Below, in pieces: positions 26,746-35,252 of a DNA stretch of 38,618 bases (position 1 is its first letter; every line of letters begins with the position of its first letter). The DNA is taken from NCBI GenBank assembly GCA_964448985.1, contig CAYVBI010000003.1, positions 1 to 38,618 of the forward strand. Reading direction: 5' to 3'. The position numbers and the translations under genes are program-made. The stretch comes from an uncultured Dehalococcoidales bacterium (GTDB lineage Bacteria; Chloroflexota; Dehalococcoidia; GIF9; UBA5629). The notes under the pieces are model-generated. The model was not told the origin of the DNA. It saw nothing but the letters and a program-made list of their open reading frames with translations, and ran no database searches.

Positions 26746-28278
26746 TTAATTACCTGTCTTCATTCCCTTGGAAGGCTTGGCCTGTAATTCAAGCAAAGCG
26801 CCTGAGGGCGAAGGTTGCTGGCTATTTGGAGCGTCACCGATCCTGGAAACCCTCTCACGCTTGAGATAGGTGCCACCGGCTACGATTATATCTATCAGAG
26901 CCTTGATCATTGTATAATCAAGAAACTGCTTATATCCGATAATGAAAAGAGGTGAATACAGCGCCAGTTTGAGATCATCATCGGCCACCAGTATAGCAAT
27001 TATGGACAGCAGCAACTGCAACATGGCAAAGAGGGCGAAGGCCAGCACCAGAGTCATCCATTCGCCATCGATTATCATTATGACCGAAGTTACCATAACA
27101 AGCAGGCTGGCAAACGGCACCAGTGTCATGGATAACAGCATGTACGGAAACGTAAGCTTGCTCATAATTCCAAACCTTGGATTAAAGAAGGCGTCTCGAT
27201 GTTTCCAGAAATTTTGAAAATCACCACGGAACCAGCTCAGGCGCTGGCGATAGACGTCGCGTAAAGTCTCCGGGGCTTCCGTGTAACATACTGCCTCGTT
27301 ACTACCGTGCAGTATCTGGTGCGATTTAAGCATCTTGATCGTTATGTCGAAATCCTCGAGCAGATAGTCGGGATCATAGTATCCCGCTTCCTCGAGAGCT
27401 GTCTTACGAAAAGCGCTGAAAGCGCCTGACGCCACAGTTAGTGAACCGAAATTCTCAAAGGCTCTCCTGACGATTTGAATCTGTACGATGTATTCCAGCG
27501 CCTGCAGCTTGGTCAGTAAATTATTACGGTTAAATACTTTCAGGTTCCCTGCTACGCCCGCCACCTGTGGATCCTCAAAGCCCCTGACCATCTCGGTTAT
27601 GGCGGCGCGTGAGATCATGCTGTCTGCATCCACGGTCATTACGATTTCACCCGAGCATATAGCAATACCCGTATTCAGTGCGGCGAATTTCCCGCCATTG
27701 ACACGCCGTACCACCTTAACACCGCGCCGACTGAATTCACTGGCCACGGAGTAAGTATTGTCCTTTGACCCATCGTCGACCACAATGATCTCTTTATTGG
27801 CATAATCAGCTTCGATAAGGGTTTCCAGTGTCCTTGCCAGCACTTTTTCCTCGTTATATGCGGGTACAATGATGCTGACACGCGGTTTATAGGAGCTTGG
27901 CTGGAATACCTCTTTTTTCTGTTTTATTTTATGGAAAATCGCCAGGGGTACGGTCAGGAAATTGATCAGCATGGTAAATATCAAAGAAACCAGGAGCACA
28001 TATATCAGGGCCGAAGGGACCACATCCCACAGGGTTACCACGAAGATTATGAATATAATTGTAAAGATCACAAGCAGTGACGTGAGATTCTGCCACTGGC
28101 TTGGCTTTGACTCCCTGGACTGTTTGCCTTTCACCAGCCTGGACAGAAAATGGAATATCACGATGATAGCCAGCGCGCCCAGCGCAATCCAAACTGATTC
28201 GACGGGCATAAAATAAAATATGCCCATGAGCAATATCAAAAATAGGGCTGCGACAATAAAAACGGCAATGTTTTTCAT
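26746..28278 (-). CDS. membrane-embedded processive family-2 glycosyltransferase (PgaC/NodC/cellulose-synthase-like synthase)
   Basis: TM helices at both the N- and C-terminus flank a GT-A domain: VSIIVPAYNEE, VVDDGSKD, VDADS (DxD), LLEDFD (ED) and YRQRLSWFRG (Q-R-x-x-W variant). Confidence 0.8.
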   Translation of the reverse strand: MKNIAVFIVAALFLILLMGIFYFMPVESVWIALGALAIIVIFHFLSRLVKGKQSRESKPSQWQNLTSLLVIFTIIFIIFVVTLWDVVPSALIYVLLVSLIFTMLINFLTVPLAIFHKIKQKKEVFQPSSYKPRVSIIVPAYNEEKVLARTLETLIEADYANKEIIVVDDGSKDNTYSVASEFSRRGVKVVRRVNGGKFAALNTGIAICSGEIVMTVDADSMISRAAITEMVRGFEDPQVAGVAGNLKVFNRNNLLTKLQALEYIVQIQIVRRAFENFGSLTVASGAFSAFRKTALEEAGYYDPDYLLEDFDITIKMLKSHQILHGSNEAVCYTEAPETLRDVYRQRLSWFRGDFQNFWKHRDAFFNPRFGIMSKLTFPYMLLSMTLVPFASLLVMVTSVIMIIDGEWMTLVLAFALFAMLQLLLSIIAILVADDDLKLALYSPLFIIGYKQFLDYTMIKALIDIIVAGGTYLKRERVSRIGDAPNSQQPSPSGALLELQAKPSKGMKTGN

Positions 28279-28338
28279 TTTACTCAGCTGTTATGGGCCG
28301 CGATGCGCGGAGTATACCAACCAGACTATTAGAGACAA

Positions 28339-30630
28339 TCACGTCAGTTTTCGCAGGTCCTGCTGCTCGATAATGTCTATTTTTTGTTGCATAGCAAACT
28401 GTTTGGCTTGTGTGCTTATCTCCGAAAAACCCAGGAAAACCTTGTTGCGGATACCTGCATCAAAGGCCGCGGCATCGAACTTCGACAATTCATCCAGGCC
28501 AAGCGGCTGACCGGTTTCGCTGCCGATGCCGATCGCAATCGTAGGTACCACTATCTTATCATCACGCCTGGCAAAAATATCGAAAATATGTTCGATACCT
28601 GATTTGCCGAGAATCAGTGCCCTCTCATATACTTCATACCCCTTATTGCGAAGGAACCTCACGATGATGCCACGCGCATTGGCCGCCACCGAACCGGAAT
28701 GGTTTGCTCCCGCTTCCACCCTGCTCTGCATTCCGATATTGGAACGGTCGAGGTGAGTGATATCTGCAACCACCGTCGCCAGAGTTTTAGCTTCAAATGC
28801 TCTGATCATTTGCCGGCCGGCGAAATTCAATGCCTCCTGCCCAAGCTTGGGAATGGCTATCACCACTTTATAGTTTATCCCGATATCATAAGCCCGTGTA
28901 TCGAACCTGAAAAGCGATTCAAGCCCAACTTCCGGTTCCCCCGATGGTGCAACAAGTATACCTATACCGAGATTGATCTTGGTGATAATATCGTCCCTGA
29001 TGGCAAGCACATCCACGGTATGCACTGCACCCGAACGTCCCGTCAGCTGAGCCAGCTCGTGGACCTGATAGCCCTGGTGTTTCAGGAAATCGACAAGCTG
29101 CGTCTTAGGTTTAAGCTGGAATTCCAGCCACCCCTTTTTATCGGGGCTGAACTGGTACGAATATGCCTCAACTTCTTTCAGCTCTTCGGAAGCCCATATT
29201 TTACGTGTCTTCATATTGCGCCATTTCACGACCGGTACAGTAAAGACCTCAGTGCAATCCTGGCACCTGTAATGGATGCCGACATTGCGGTAATCGGTGC
29301 CGATCAATCTTAAATCCTTTCGGCACTTCGGGCAGACGTACCTGCTATCCTGTTTAAAATCCTTGTCAAGCCCCACGTATCCACAGGAAAAATGCTCGAC
29401 AAGTTGTCCTTTAATTATGTTGGACGAGTCACAGCGCGGGCACCTTTCAATAGGAACAAGTTGAAATAGCCCGTCAGGGTCAACATAAAATTTTTCATAC
29501 GATTGCTTGAGCAATATGCCATTATCGGCGAGAGATTCGAGAATGTTTAGCGTGTCAATCTCGGAAGTATCAAGCAGGCTGCTAACTGTCGGATAAGCGA
29601 ATCCCATTTTATAACTGAAATCGACCACAGGGTTGATATCAGGAAGTTTACCGCTTACCAGCGCATCTACAAGCTTGACGACTCTCGCGTCCTCGAGAAC
29701 TGCCGCACCAGCATCTTCCTGAGCAGGCTGCGCCTTGGCCACGTAAGCAGATTGTTGTGCCGGAGGATTAATCACGATGGGTGAGGGCTGCTTTTTTATA
29801 TCGCGCCCAAGCGGAGGTACCACTATGGGTGCTTGCTCCCGCATCTGAGGCGGCGCTGCCGGCCTGGGTACTATCACGACCGGCTGCTCCAACGACTCCG
29901 GTGTCTGGTAAACCTGTGCTGCAGGCATAGGCGGGGCCGGCTGTACATATGCCTGTGGTTGCACATATGGCTGTTGTACAGGTGGCGCCTGTGGCTGCGG
30001 AGGAGCTTCGTACTGCTGGGGCTCTGGCCGAGGCCTGATGATTATCCTTTCCTGTCCCGAAGCCGCCTGTGGTTGGGCATCCATTTCAGGTCTGACCGGT
30101 GCAGGCTGTGGCTGGCTGTATACCGGCCCGCGGGCAGCAGGCTCCGGTGCACGTACCGGCGCACCCGCTTCCTTCTCCTTGGGCCTTGACCTGGTCGGAG
30201 GTCTAACAACTGTTTCCCGGGCAGCGGGCGCCGCCTGCTTCGCAGCCGCCTCTTCAGCGGCGCCCTCAGTGCCGGGCCGTCTCAGCAATGCTTTGATGCG
30301 CGCCAGCAACTCCCTCGGGCTGATGGGTTTGCGTAAATAAAGGTCAAAACCCAGTTCCTCAACACGAGACCATGCATCCGAGTCCGGAATGGTTCCGAGA
30401 AGAACAATCAATGCGCTCTGCTGTTGCCTGATCTTGAGACACGCTTCATAACCGCTGACATCGGACAGCTCATCGTCAATTATTATGACATCGTAATTGG
30501 TTTTGTCCATCATCACCAGACCGTCAAGACACCCCGACGTTCCGTTTGCATCAAGGCCGCTCTGTTGCAGGATCTCGACGTTCTTCTCTTTTAAGACGGA
30601 ATCGCTTGAAAGAAAGAGAATCTGACTCAT
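28339..30630 (-). CDS. atypical response regulator: REC + long Pro/Gln/Ala-rich linker + multi-Cys zinc-ribbon region + two tandem degenerate Mrr/PD-(D/E)xK-like domains
   Basis: REC domain at residues 1-118 (acceptor D52 in VIIIDDE, T80, K101-P). Linker at about residues 120-305. Cys motifs CPRC...C...CPKC...CQDC at residues 397-459. Repeat units at about 509-615 and 650-760 share FL..GY.V.E.A..G.SG..H..D..A.RDD......IGI. SD gaggga lies 6 nt before the ATG. Confidence 0.75.
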   Translation of the reverse strand: MSQILFLSSDSVLKEKNVEILQQSGLDANGTSGCLDGLVMMDKTNYDVIIIDDELSDVSGYEACLKIRQQQSALIVLLGTIPDSDAWSRVEELGFDLYLRKPISPRELLARIKALLRRPGTEGAAEEAAAKQAAPAARETVVRPPTRSRPKEKEAGAPVRAPEPAARGPVYSQPQPAPVRPEMDAQPQAASGQERIIIRPRPEPQQYEAPPQPQAPPVQQPYVQPQAYVQPAPPMPAAQVYQTPESLEQPVVIVPRPAAPPQMREQAPIVVPPLGRDIKKQPSPIVINPPAQQSAYVAKAQPAQEDAGAAVLEDARVVKLVDALVSGKLPDINPVVDFSYKMGFAYPTVSSLLDTSEIDTLNILESLADNGILLKQSYEKFYVDPDGLFQLVPIERCPRCDSSNIIKGQLVEHFSCGYVGLDKDFKQDSRYVCPKCRKDLRLIGTDYRNVGIHYRCQDCTEVFTVPVVKWRNMKTRKIWASEELKEVEAYSYQFSPDKKGWLEFQLKPKTQLVDFLKHQGYQVHELAQLTGRSGAVHTVDVLAIRDDIITKINLGIGILVAPSGEPEVGLESLFRFDTRAYDIGINYKVVIAIPKLGQEALNFAGRQMIRAFEAKTLATVVADITHLDRSNIGMQSRVEAGANHSGSVAANARGIIVRFLRNKGYEVYERALILGKSGIEHIFDIFARRDDKIVVPTIAIGIGSETGQPLGLDELSKFDAAAFDAGIRNKVFLGFSEISTQAKQFAMQQKIDIIEQQDLRKLT
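28351..29106 (-). repeat. internal protein-level duplication (two ~105-aa nuclease-fold-like units)
   Basis: Unit A (28786-29106): LVDFLKHQGYQVHELAQLTGRSGAVHTVDVLAIRDD...LGIGI...GLESLFRFDTRAYDIGI. Unit B (28351-28683): IVRFLRNKGYEVYERALILGKSGIEHIFDIFARRDD...AIGIG...GLDELSKFDAAAFDAGI. Confidence 0.75.
29716..30273 (-). repeat. coding low-complexity Pro/Gln/Ala-rich linker
   Basis: Examples: QPQPAPVRPEMDAQPQAA, PQPQAPPVQQPYVQPQAYVQPAPPMPAAQVYQ, VPRPAAPPQ. In frame within the 763-aa ORF, with no regular DNA period. Confidence 0.85.
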
Positions 30631-30676
30631 ATCCGGTCCCTCACGTTAATAAAACTCATATTTTTATTCTCAACTT

Positions 30677-31426
30677 TTATATATACTCGACCGCATTTTG
30701 GGCGATTTTATAACCGTTCTCTTCCTGGACAATTATTGCCGGGTTATCGGGATTATCCTCAAGTTTTTCACGCAGGTGACGAATATACTGCTGCAGATTT
30801 GTTACGCAATCCACATATTCTATTCCCCAAATCTTGGTGAGTATATCGTCTTCTGAGATCATCTTACCTTCATGTGAAACAAGATACTTCAGAAGGTTTA
30901 ATTCGGTAGTTGAGAGCTTAACCTGCTCCCCATCTTTCTGAACCGTACCTGCTGATACGTCCATCCTGATTTTCTTTACCGCAGGTATGGCCCTAGCACC
31001 AGCCGCCGGTGCATCTTTGATGTCCGCCTTCTTTTTAGCAACCCCTCTTTTACCGCGATGCCTGAATACGGCCTTAACACGAGCAAGGAGCTCATTATGA
31101 TTAAAAGGTTTGACAATATAATCATCCGCACCCATCTCCAGGCCCCTGACTTTATCCGTCTCATCGCCCCTTATAGTGAGTATAACGATGGGTACGTCGC
31201 TGTGGTTGCGTATTTCCTTCAATACCTTCATGCCGTCCATGTCGGGCAACCCAAGATCAAGAATGATCATATCAGGCGCCTCAGACTTCATTAAAGAAAG
31301 TCCGTCTGCACCCTTCACTGCCGGTATTATCCTGACTTCCGGCATGTGCATCTCAAATATCAGGTTTGTCACTTCCCTGATATCAGCATTGTCCTCAATG
31401 AGCAGGATTTTCAATTGTCCCTGCAT
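30677..31426 (-). CDS. OmpR-family response regulator (REC + winged-helix) with extended Lys/Ala-rich linker
   Basis: KILLIEDN, MIILDLGLPDMDG (acceptor Asp), VKPF. C-terminal LSTTELNLLKYL...IWG...YIRHLREKLE winged helix. SD ggagtg. Confidence 0.9.
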   Translation of the reverse strand: MQGQLKILLIEDNADIREVTNLIFEMHMPEVRIIPAVKGADGLSLMKSEAPDMIILDLGLPDMDGMKVLKEIRNHSDVPIVILTIRGDETDKVRGLEMGADDYIVKPFNHNELLARVKAVFRHRGKRGVAKKKADIKDAPAAGARAIPAVKKIRMDVSAGTVQKDGEQVKLSTTELNLLKYLVSHEGKMISEDDILTKIWGIEYVDCVTNLQQYIRHLREKLEDNPDNPAIIVQEENGYKIAQNAVEYI

Positions 31427-31443
31427 ACGACTATCACTCCACG

Positions 31444-32676
31444 CTATTTTTCATGTATCGGTAATGCGAACGAGAAGGTGCTGCCCTTCCCTACATCGCT
31501 CTGCACCCAAATTGCACCACCGTGCAGTTCCACGATTTGTTTGCTGATGGCCAGCCCCAATCCCAATCCGGGTATTCCCGACCTGTCCGAAGACGGGTGG
31601 TAATAGGGGACAAACAGCTTCCTTTTCTCTTCGTTTGGTATGCCTGGCCCTGTATCCTGTACATTGATAACCAGCCTGTTTCCATCCTTAGCAGCCTTGA
31701 GGAAGATCTGCCCGCCTTCCGGTGTAAATTTAATTGCATTGGATAAAAGGTTCAGCAAAACCTGTTCAATACGTTGATCATCGGCATTTATCTTAATATA
31801 CGGTTCCACTTCTAAACTCAGCGTCTGCTTCTTTTGTCTGGCCAGTGATAATACCTGGTCAGCAACCTCAGCGGCCAACATCGAGAAGTCGAAGTCCTTC
31901 TTTGCGATCCCATATGACTCATCCTTATTCTTGGACAGGTTAATCAATTCATTCAGGCGGTTTTGCAGGCTCGACGCGCTACGCGAAATATTCTGCGCCA
32001 ACTTAAGCAAAATCTCCTCATGCTGCCTGTCCAGCTCCTCAATCAACAGGCCTGTGGAAGCTATGATCGCGGTAAGAGGTGTCTTCAATTCATGGCTCAG
32101 AGCACTTAAAAACAGATGCGTATGTGTAATCTCATCCTGTTGCTTGGCGATTTCATTATCTGTGGGCCCGCTGGTGACTCTGCGACAGACTTCCGAGATG
32201 CTTGAGCTGACGGCTGCCATTAATTTCAGCTCGTTGACCGTAAAGATATCGGTACTGGCAGATAATCCTCCAATAATACCCAGCAACTGTCCCCCCAATA
32301 TCACCGGAGAAGCAATAAATGATTGATATCCATTTTGTACGGCTGATTCCCAGCGATAATTGGCATCGTTTGCCATATTGTTGCAGAATAGCGGTTTGCG
32401 TGTTTGCGCCACTACTCCAATCATGTCGTTGCCCACGGTCGTAGCCTCAAGTTCCTTGATAATTTGATCGGGTAAACTATGCTGAATCACCAGTGTCAGC
32501 GTTTTGTTGCCGGGGCTGTACTTCTGCACCCAGCAAACATCAAGATCAATTACATTCCCGAGCTCCCAGAGCACACCGTCCAGTATCTCCCTTTCGGACA
32601 AAGAACTGGATACTATATCAGAGATATCAGAGAGAACGTATAGGTACTTATTCTTTTGTTGGCTCTGCTGTTGCAT
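31444..32676 (-). CDS. cytoplasmic GAF-domain sensor histidine kinase
   Basis: No TM helix. N-terminal GAF-like region of about 170 aa. H-box [16 protein letters not shown]-box [10 protein letters not shown]-boxes VQDTGPGI and [18 protein letters not shown]. Confidence 0.9.
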   Translation of the reverse strand: MQQQSQQKNKYLYVLSDISDIVSSSLSEREILDGVLWELGNVIDLDVCWVQKYSPGNKTLTLVIQHSLPDQIIKELEATTVGNDMIGVVAQTRKPLFCNNMANDANYRWESAVQNGYQSFIASPVILGGQLLGIIGGLSASTDIFTVNELKLMAAVSSSISEVCRRVTSGPTDNEIAKQQDEITHTHLFLSALSHELKTPLTAIIASTGLLIEELDRQHEEILLKLAQNISRSASSLQNRLNELINLSKNKDESYGIAKKDFDFSMLAAEVADQVLSLARQKKQTLSLEVEPYIKINADDQRIEQVLLNLLSNAIKFTPEGGQIFLKAAKDGNRLVINVQDTGPGIPNEEKRKLFVPYYHPSSDRSGIPGLGLGLAISKQIVELHGGAIWVQSDVGKGSTFSFALPIHEK

Positions 32677-32789
32677 ACTAACTCAGCTTCCATTATAACT
32701 AAATTCATCAATATGTCAATCCTGAAGGCCGAAAAATGTCCTCTCGCCTGCCGACGTAACGATGATATTAAGGCCACGCTAATCGCCTT

Positions 32790-32818
32790 TTGACATGGTT
32801 CCATCTCACGGTTAAACT
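32790..32818 (+). promoter_or_regulatory. sigma70-like promoter of the UDP-sugar dehydrogenase gene
   Basis: TTGACA (32790-32795), 17-nt spacer, TAAACT (32813-32818). Lies 48 nt upstream of the ATG at 32866. Confidence 0.55.
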
Positions 32819-32834
32819 ATGCTAATCTGATTGA

Positions 32835-32853
32835 ATGGTAAATCAATTACCAT
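32835..32853. promoter_or_regulatory. 7-5-7 inverted repeat (atggtaa-atcaa-ttaccat) between the -10 element and the SD
   Basis: Perfect 7-bp arms read directly from the sequence. Candidate operator or 5'-UTR hairpin. Confidence 0.3.
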
Positions 32854-32865
32854 GGGTGAGGTAAA

Positions 32866-34200
32866 ATGACACGACCACAATTAACTGTTAACGATCTGAG
32901 AAACCTGGAGAGCAGTATCCGAGATAAATCGGCTGATATAGGGGTTGTGGGATTGGGGTATGTGGGGTTGCCCCTGGCGCTGGCCTTTGCTGAAGCAGGA
33001 TTCAATGTGACCGGTGTTGATGCAGATAAGGGACGTGTCAATAAGATTATCCGGGGCACGTCTTACCTGCTGGATATTGAATCGGCTCGTCTAAAAAAAG
33101 CTGTTGCCAAAGGACGGTTAAAAGCTACCACCAGTCAATCAGCACTGCGCAGAGTAGATACGATCATTATCTGTGTTCCTACTCCACTTACCAAGACCAA
33201 GGAGCCCGATCTGACGTATATCGTCAGCGCTACCAATGATATCGCCCGTTTCCTGCGTCTGGGTCATCTGGTTATTTTGGAGAGCACGACTTACCCGGGC
33301 ACTACGCGGGAGATTGTGTTGCCGCTACTGGAATCCACCGGCCTCAAGGTGGGTGTGGACTACTTCCTGACCTTTTCGCCCGAACGTATCGATCCGGGCA
33401 GCCGGAAGTTTACTATCAGGAACACACCCAAGATTGTCGGGGGCATGGAACCTACGTCTACCAAACTCGCCGCACTGCTGTACGGACACGTATCCGACAA
33501 GGTCCTCGAAGTATCCACACCGGAAGTGGCCGAGATGGATAAAGTCTTCGAGAATGTATTCCGCAGCGTCAATATCGCTCTGGTAAACGAGCTCGCCAAG
33601 CTTTGCGAAAAGATGAACATAAACGTGTGGGAAGTAATCAAGGCGGCATCCTCCAAACCATTCGGTTACATGCCGTTTTATCCGGGCCCCGGGGTGGGCG
33701 GCCATTGTATTCCTCTTGATCCATACTATCTCGCCAGCAAAGCCAGAGAGTATTTTTTTCACACCAGGTTTATCGAACTGGCTGCCGAAATAAATGAAAC
33801 GATGCCTGAATACATCGTCGAGCAAATCGTGGCTGCGCTTAACACAAGGAGTAAAAGCGTAAAAGGGGCCAAAATACTCATTCTGGGCGTGGCCTACAAG
33901 AAAGATATTGAGGACATCAGAGAGTCACCCGCATTAAGAGTTATCGAACTGCTTATCGAGAAGAAAGCCGCGCTCCATTACCATGATCCTTACATCCCTG
34001 ATTTTAAAGAGGGAAACCATAAGCTCCGGTCGATCAAGCTTACCAAGAAAGTATTTAGCAACTATGATTGCGTGGTAATACTGACCGATCACAGCTGCTA
34101 TGACCTGAAAGCTTTAGCAAAGGAAGCTAAGCTGATATTCGATACACGCGGATGCACCGTCGGCATCAACTCCGCAAATATCATCCGTCTGGGCGAATAG
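32866..34200 (+). CDS. nucleotide-sugar 6-dehydrogenase (UDP-GlcNAc/ManNAc/Glc dehydrogenase family)
   Basis: IGVVGLGYVGLPLALAFAEAGFNVTGVD Rossmann motif and catalytic-Cys motif GPGVGGHCIPLDPYY. Substrate not resolvable. Confidence 0.85.
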   Translation: MTRPQLTVNDLRNLESSIRDKSADIGVVGLGYVGLPLALAFAEAGFNVTGVDADKGRVNKIIRGTSYLLDIESARLKKAVAKGRLKATTSQSALRRVDTIIICVPTPLTKTKEPDLTYIVSATNDIARFLRLGHLVILESTTYPGTTREIVLPLLESTGLKVGVDYFLTFSPERIDPGSRKFTIRNTPKIVGGMEPTSTKLAALLYGHVSDKVLEVSTPEVAEMDKVFENVFRSVNIALVNELAKLCEKMNINVWEVIKAASSKPFGYMPFYPGPGVGGHCIPLDPYYLASKAREYFFHTRFIELAAEINETMPEYIVEQIVAALNTRSKSVKGAKILILGVAYKKDIEDIRESPALRVIELLIEKKAALHYHDPYIPDFKEGNHKLRSIKLTKKVFSNYDCVVILTDHSCYDLKALAKEAKLIFDTRGCTVGINSANIIRLGE

Positions 34201-34330
34201 CGCGTATCTCCCTGTTAATAACGTCCGCATCGGTTTGCCGCGCACGAGGGATTGAGGAAATCTATCGTCATATGCCTGTCATATCCCGCAAATAGCTCCC
34301 GGCAACGCCCGGGCACATGTGATATTTTCG

Positions 34331-35152
34331 TTATCGTTGCGAGATTTTCCTTATCTTGCCGTCTATTATCGACTGCACCAATCCGGGGAAGAGCCTTTTC
34401 ATAAAATATGTATACTTTGTGCCTGACCCCGGCAGAATAAGGAACTGCCCCCTGCCCATACCAGCGATTACATCCCTGGCAACATCGATCGGTTTAATAA
34501 TGGAAGCGGATGAGGAAATGGCTTTGGTCTCCTCAGGCTTGATCTTATTGGCCCTGTCGAGCATCGGTGTATCGACATCCGGGGGACACAGCACGGAAAC
34601 GGAGATGTTGTACCGCTTCAATTCACTTCTTAAAGCTTCGGAGAAGCCTATCACCGCAAACTTAGATGCGCTGTAGGCGCTCAAGCCGAAAACTCCTATA
34701 TAACCGGCAACGGAGGACACATTAATAATGTATCCGCCACGCTTCTTCATATAGGGCAGCAGAATCGCAACGGTATTCCAGGTCCCGTTCAAGTTGATGT
34801 GAACAATTTCATCGAATTTAGTGTAGGAAATATCTTCAAAGCGTTGGGGATAGGAAACACCTGCGCTGTTAATTAGAATATCCGGGCTGCCGAAATCGAC
34901 GGCCACCTTGCTAAGTAGATTTTCGGCCTGTGCATGTTGCGAAACATCAAGCCGGACCGCCAGGAAACGTTGTTTCTGCGATACCCTGTTCCGTTCGATT
35001 TTCGTCAACGCCTTATCGAGTTGCTCCTGGCCCCGGGCGAAGATCACCACGTCGGCGTCCCTGGCGGCCATTTGTTCCGCGCAGGCCAGGCCTATGCCGC
35101 TCGATCCTCCCGTAATGAATGCGATTTTCCCCGCAAAGTCTTTAAACTTCAT
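34331..35152 (-). CDS. classical short-chain dehydrogenase/reductase (SDR)
   Basis: IAFITGGSSGIG (TGxxxGxG), NSAG, catalytic S...YSASK. Last gene in the same-strand series after the 2-KPCC-like gene. Confidence 0.85.
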   Translation of the reverse strand: MKFKDFAGKIAFITGGSSGIGLACAEQMAARDADVVIFARGQEQLDKALTKIERNRVSQKQRFLAVRLDVSQHAQAENLLSKVAVDFGSPDILINSAGVSYPQRFEDISYTKFDEIVHINLNGTWNTVAILLPYMKKRGGYIINVSSVAGYIGVFGLSAYSASKFAVIGFSEALRSELKRYNISVSVLCPPDVDTPMLDRANKIKPEETKAISSSASIIKPIDVARDVIAGMGRGQFLILPGSGTKYTYFMKRLFPGLVQSIIDGKIRKISQR

Positions 35153-35252
35153 TATAAATCAGCAACCCCCGTGCTTTAAGGTGTGCAATTTTCAAACAAC
35201 CCCGATGCTCAGCTATATTAGCCGCTCGATATACTCATGTAAAGCGCGGGCC

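Noticed and set aside
28298-28310. Hairpin ccgcg-atg-cgcgg between the atypical regulator and the GT2 gene, considered as a possible terminator or attenuator
   Set aside because: It has only a 5-bp stem and a 3-nt loop, with no U-tract on the transcribed (minus) strand. That is too weak to call.
29716-30273. GC-rich, repetitive-looking DNA that might be a tandem repeat or degenerate array
   Set aside because: It has no fixed period and no repeat/spacer organisation. It is fully in frame inside the 763-aa ORF and encodes a Pro/Gln/Ala-rich linker.
29833-30340. Plus-strand ORFs of 118 and 100 aa in the track
   Set aside because: They are antisense to the Pro/Gln linker of the response regulator. 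Their Arg/Leu/Trp/Gly-rich low-complexity translations are typical shadow ORFs, and they have no SD.
34298-34313. Hairpin cccgg-caacgc-ccggg in the convergent gap after the UDP-sugar dehydrogenase gene
   Set aside because: The stem is 5 bp and the T-run is separated from it and short. It is not convincing as an intrinsic terminator.
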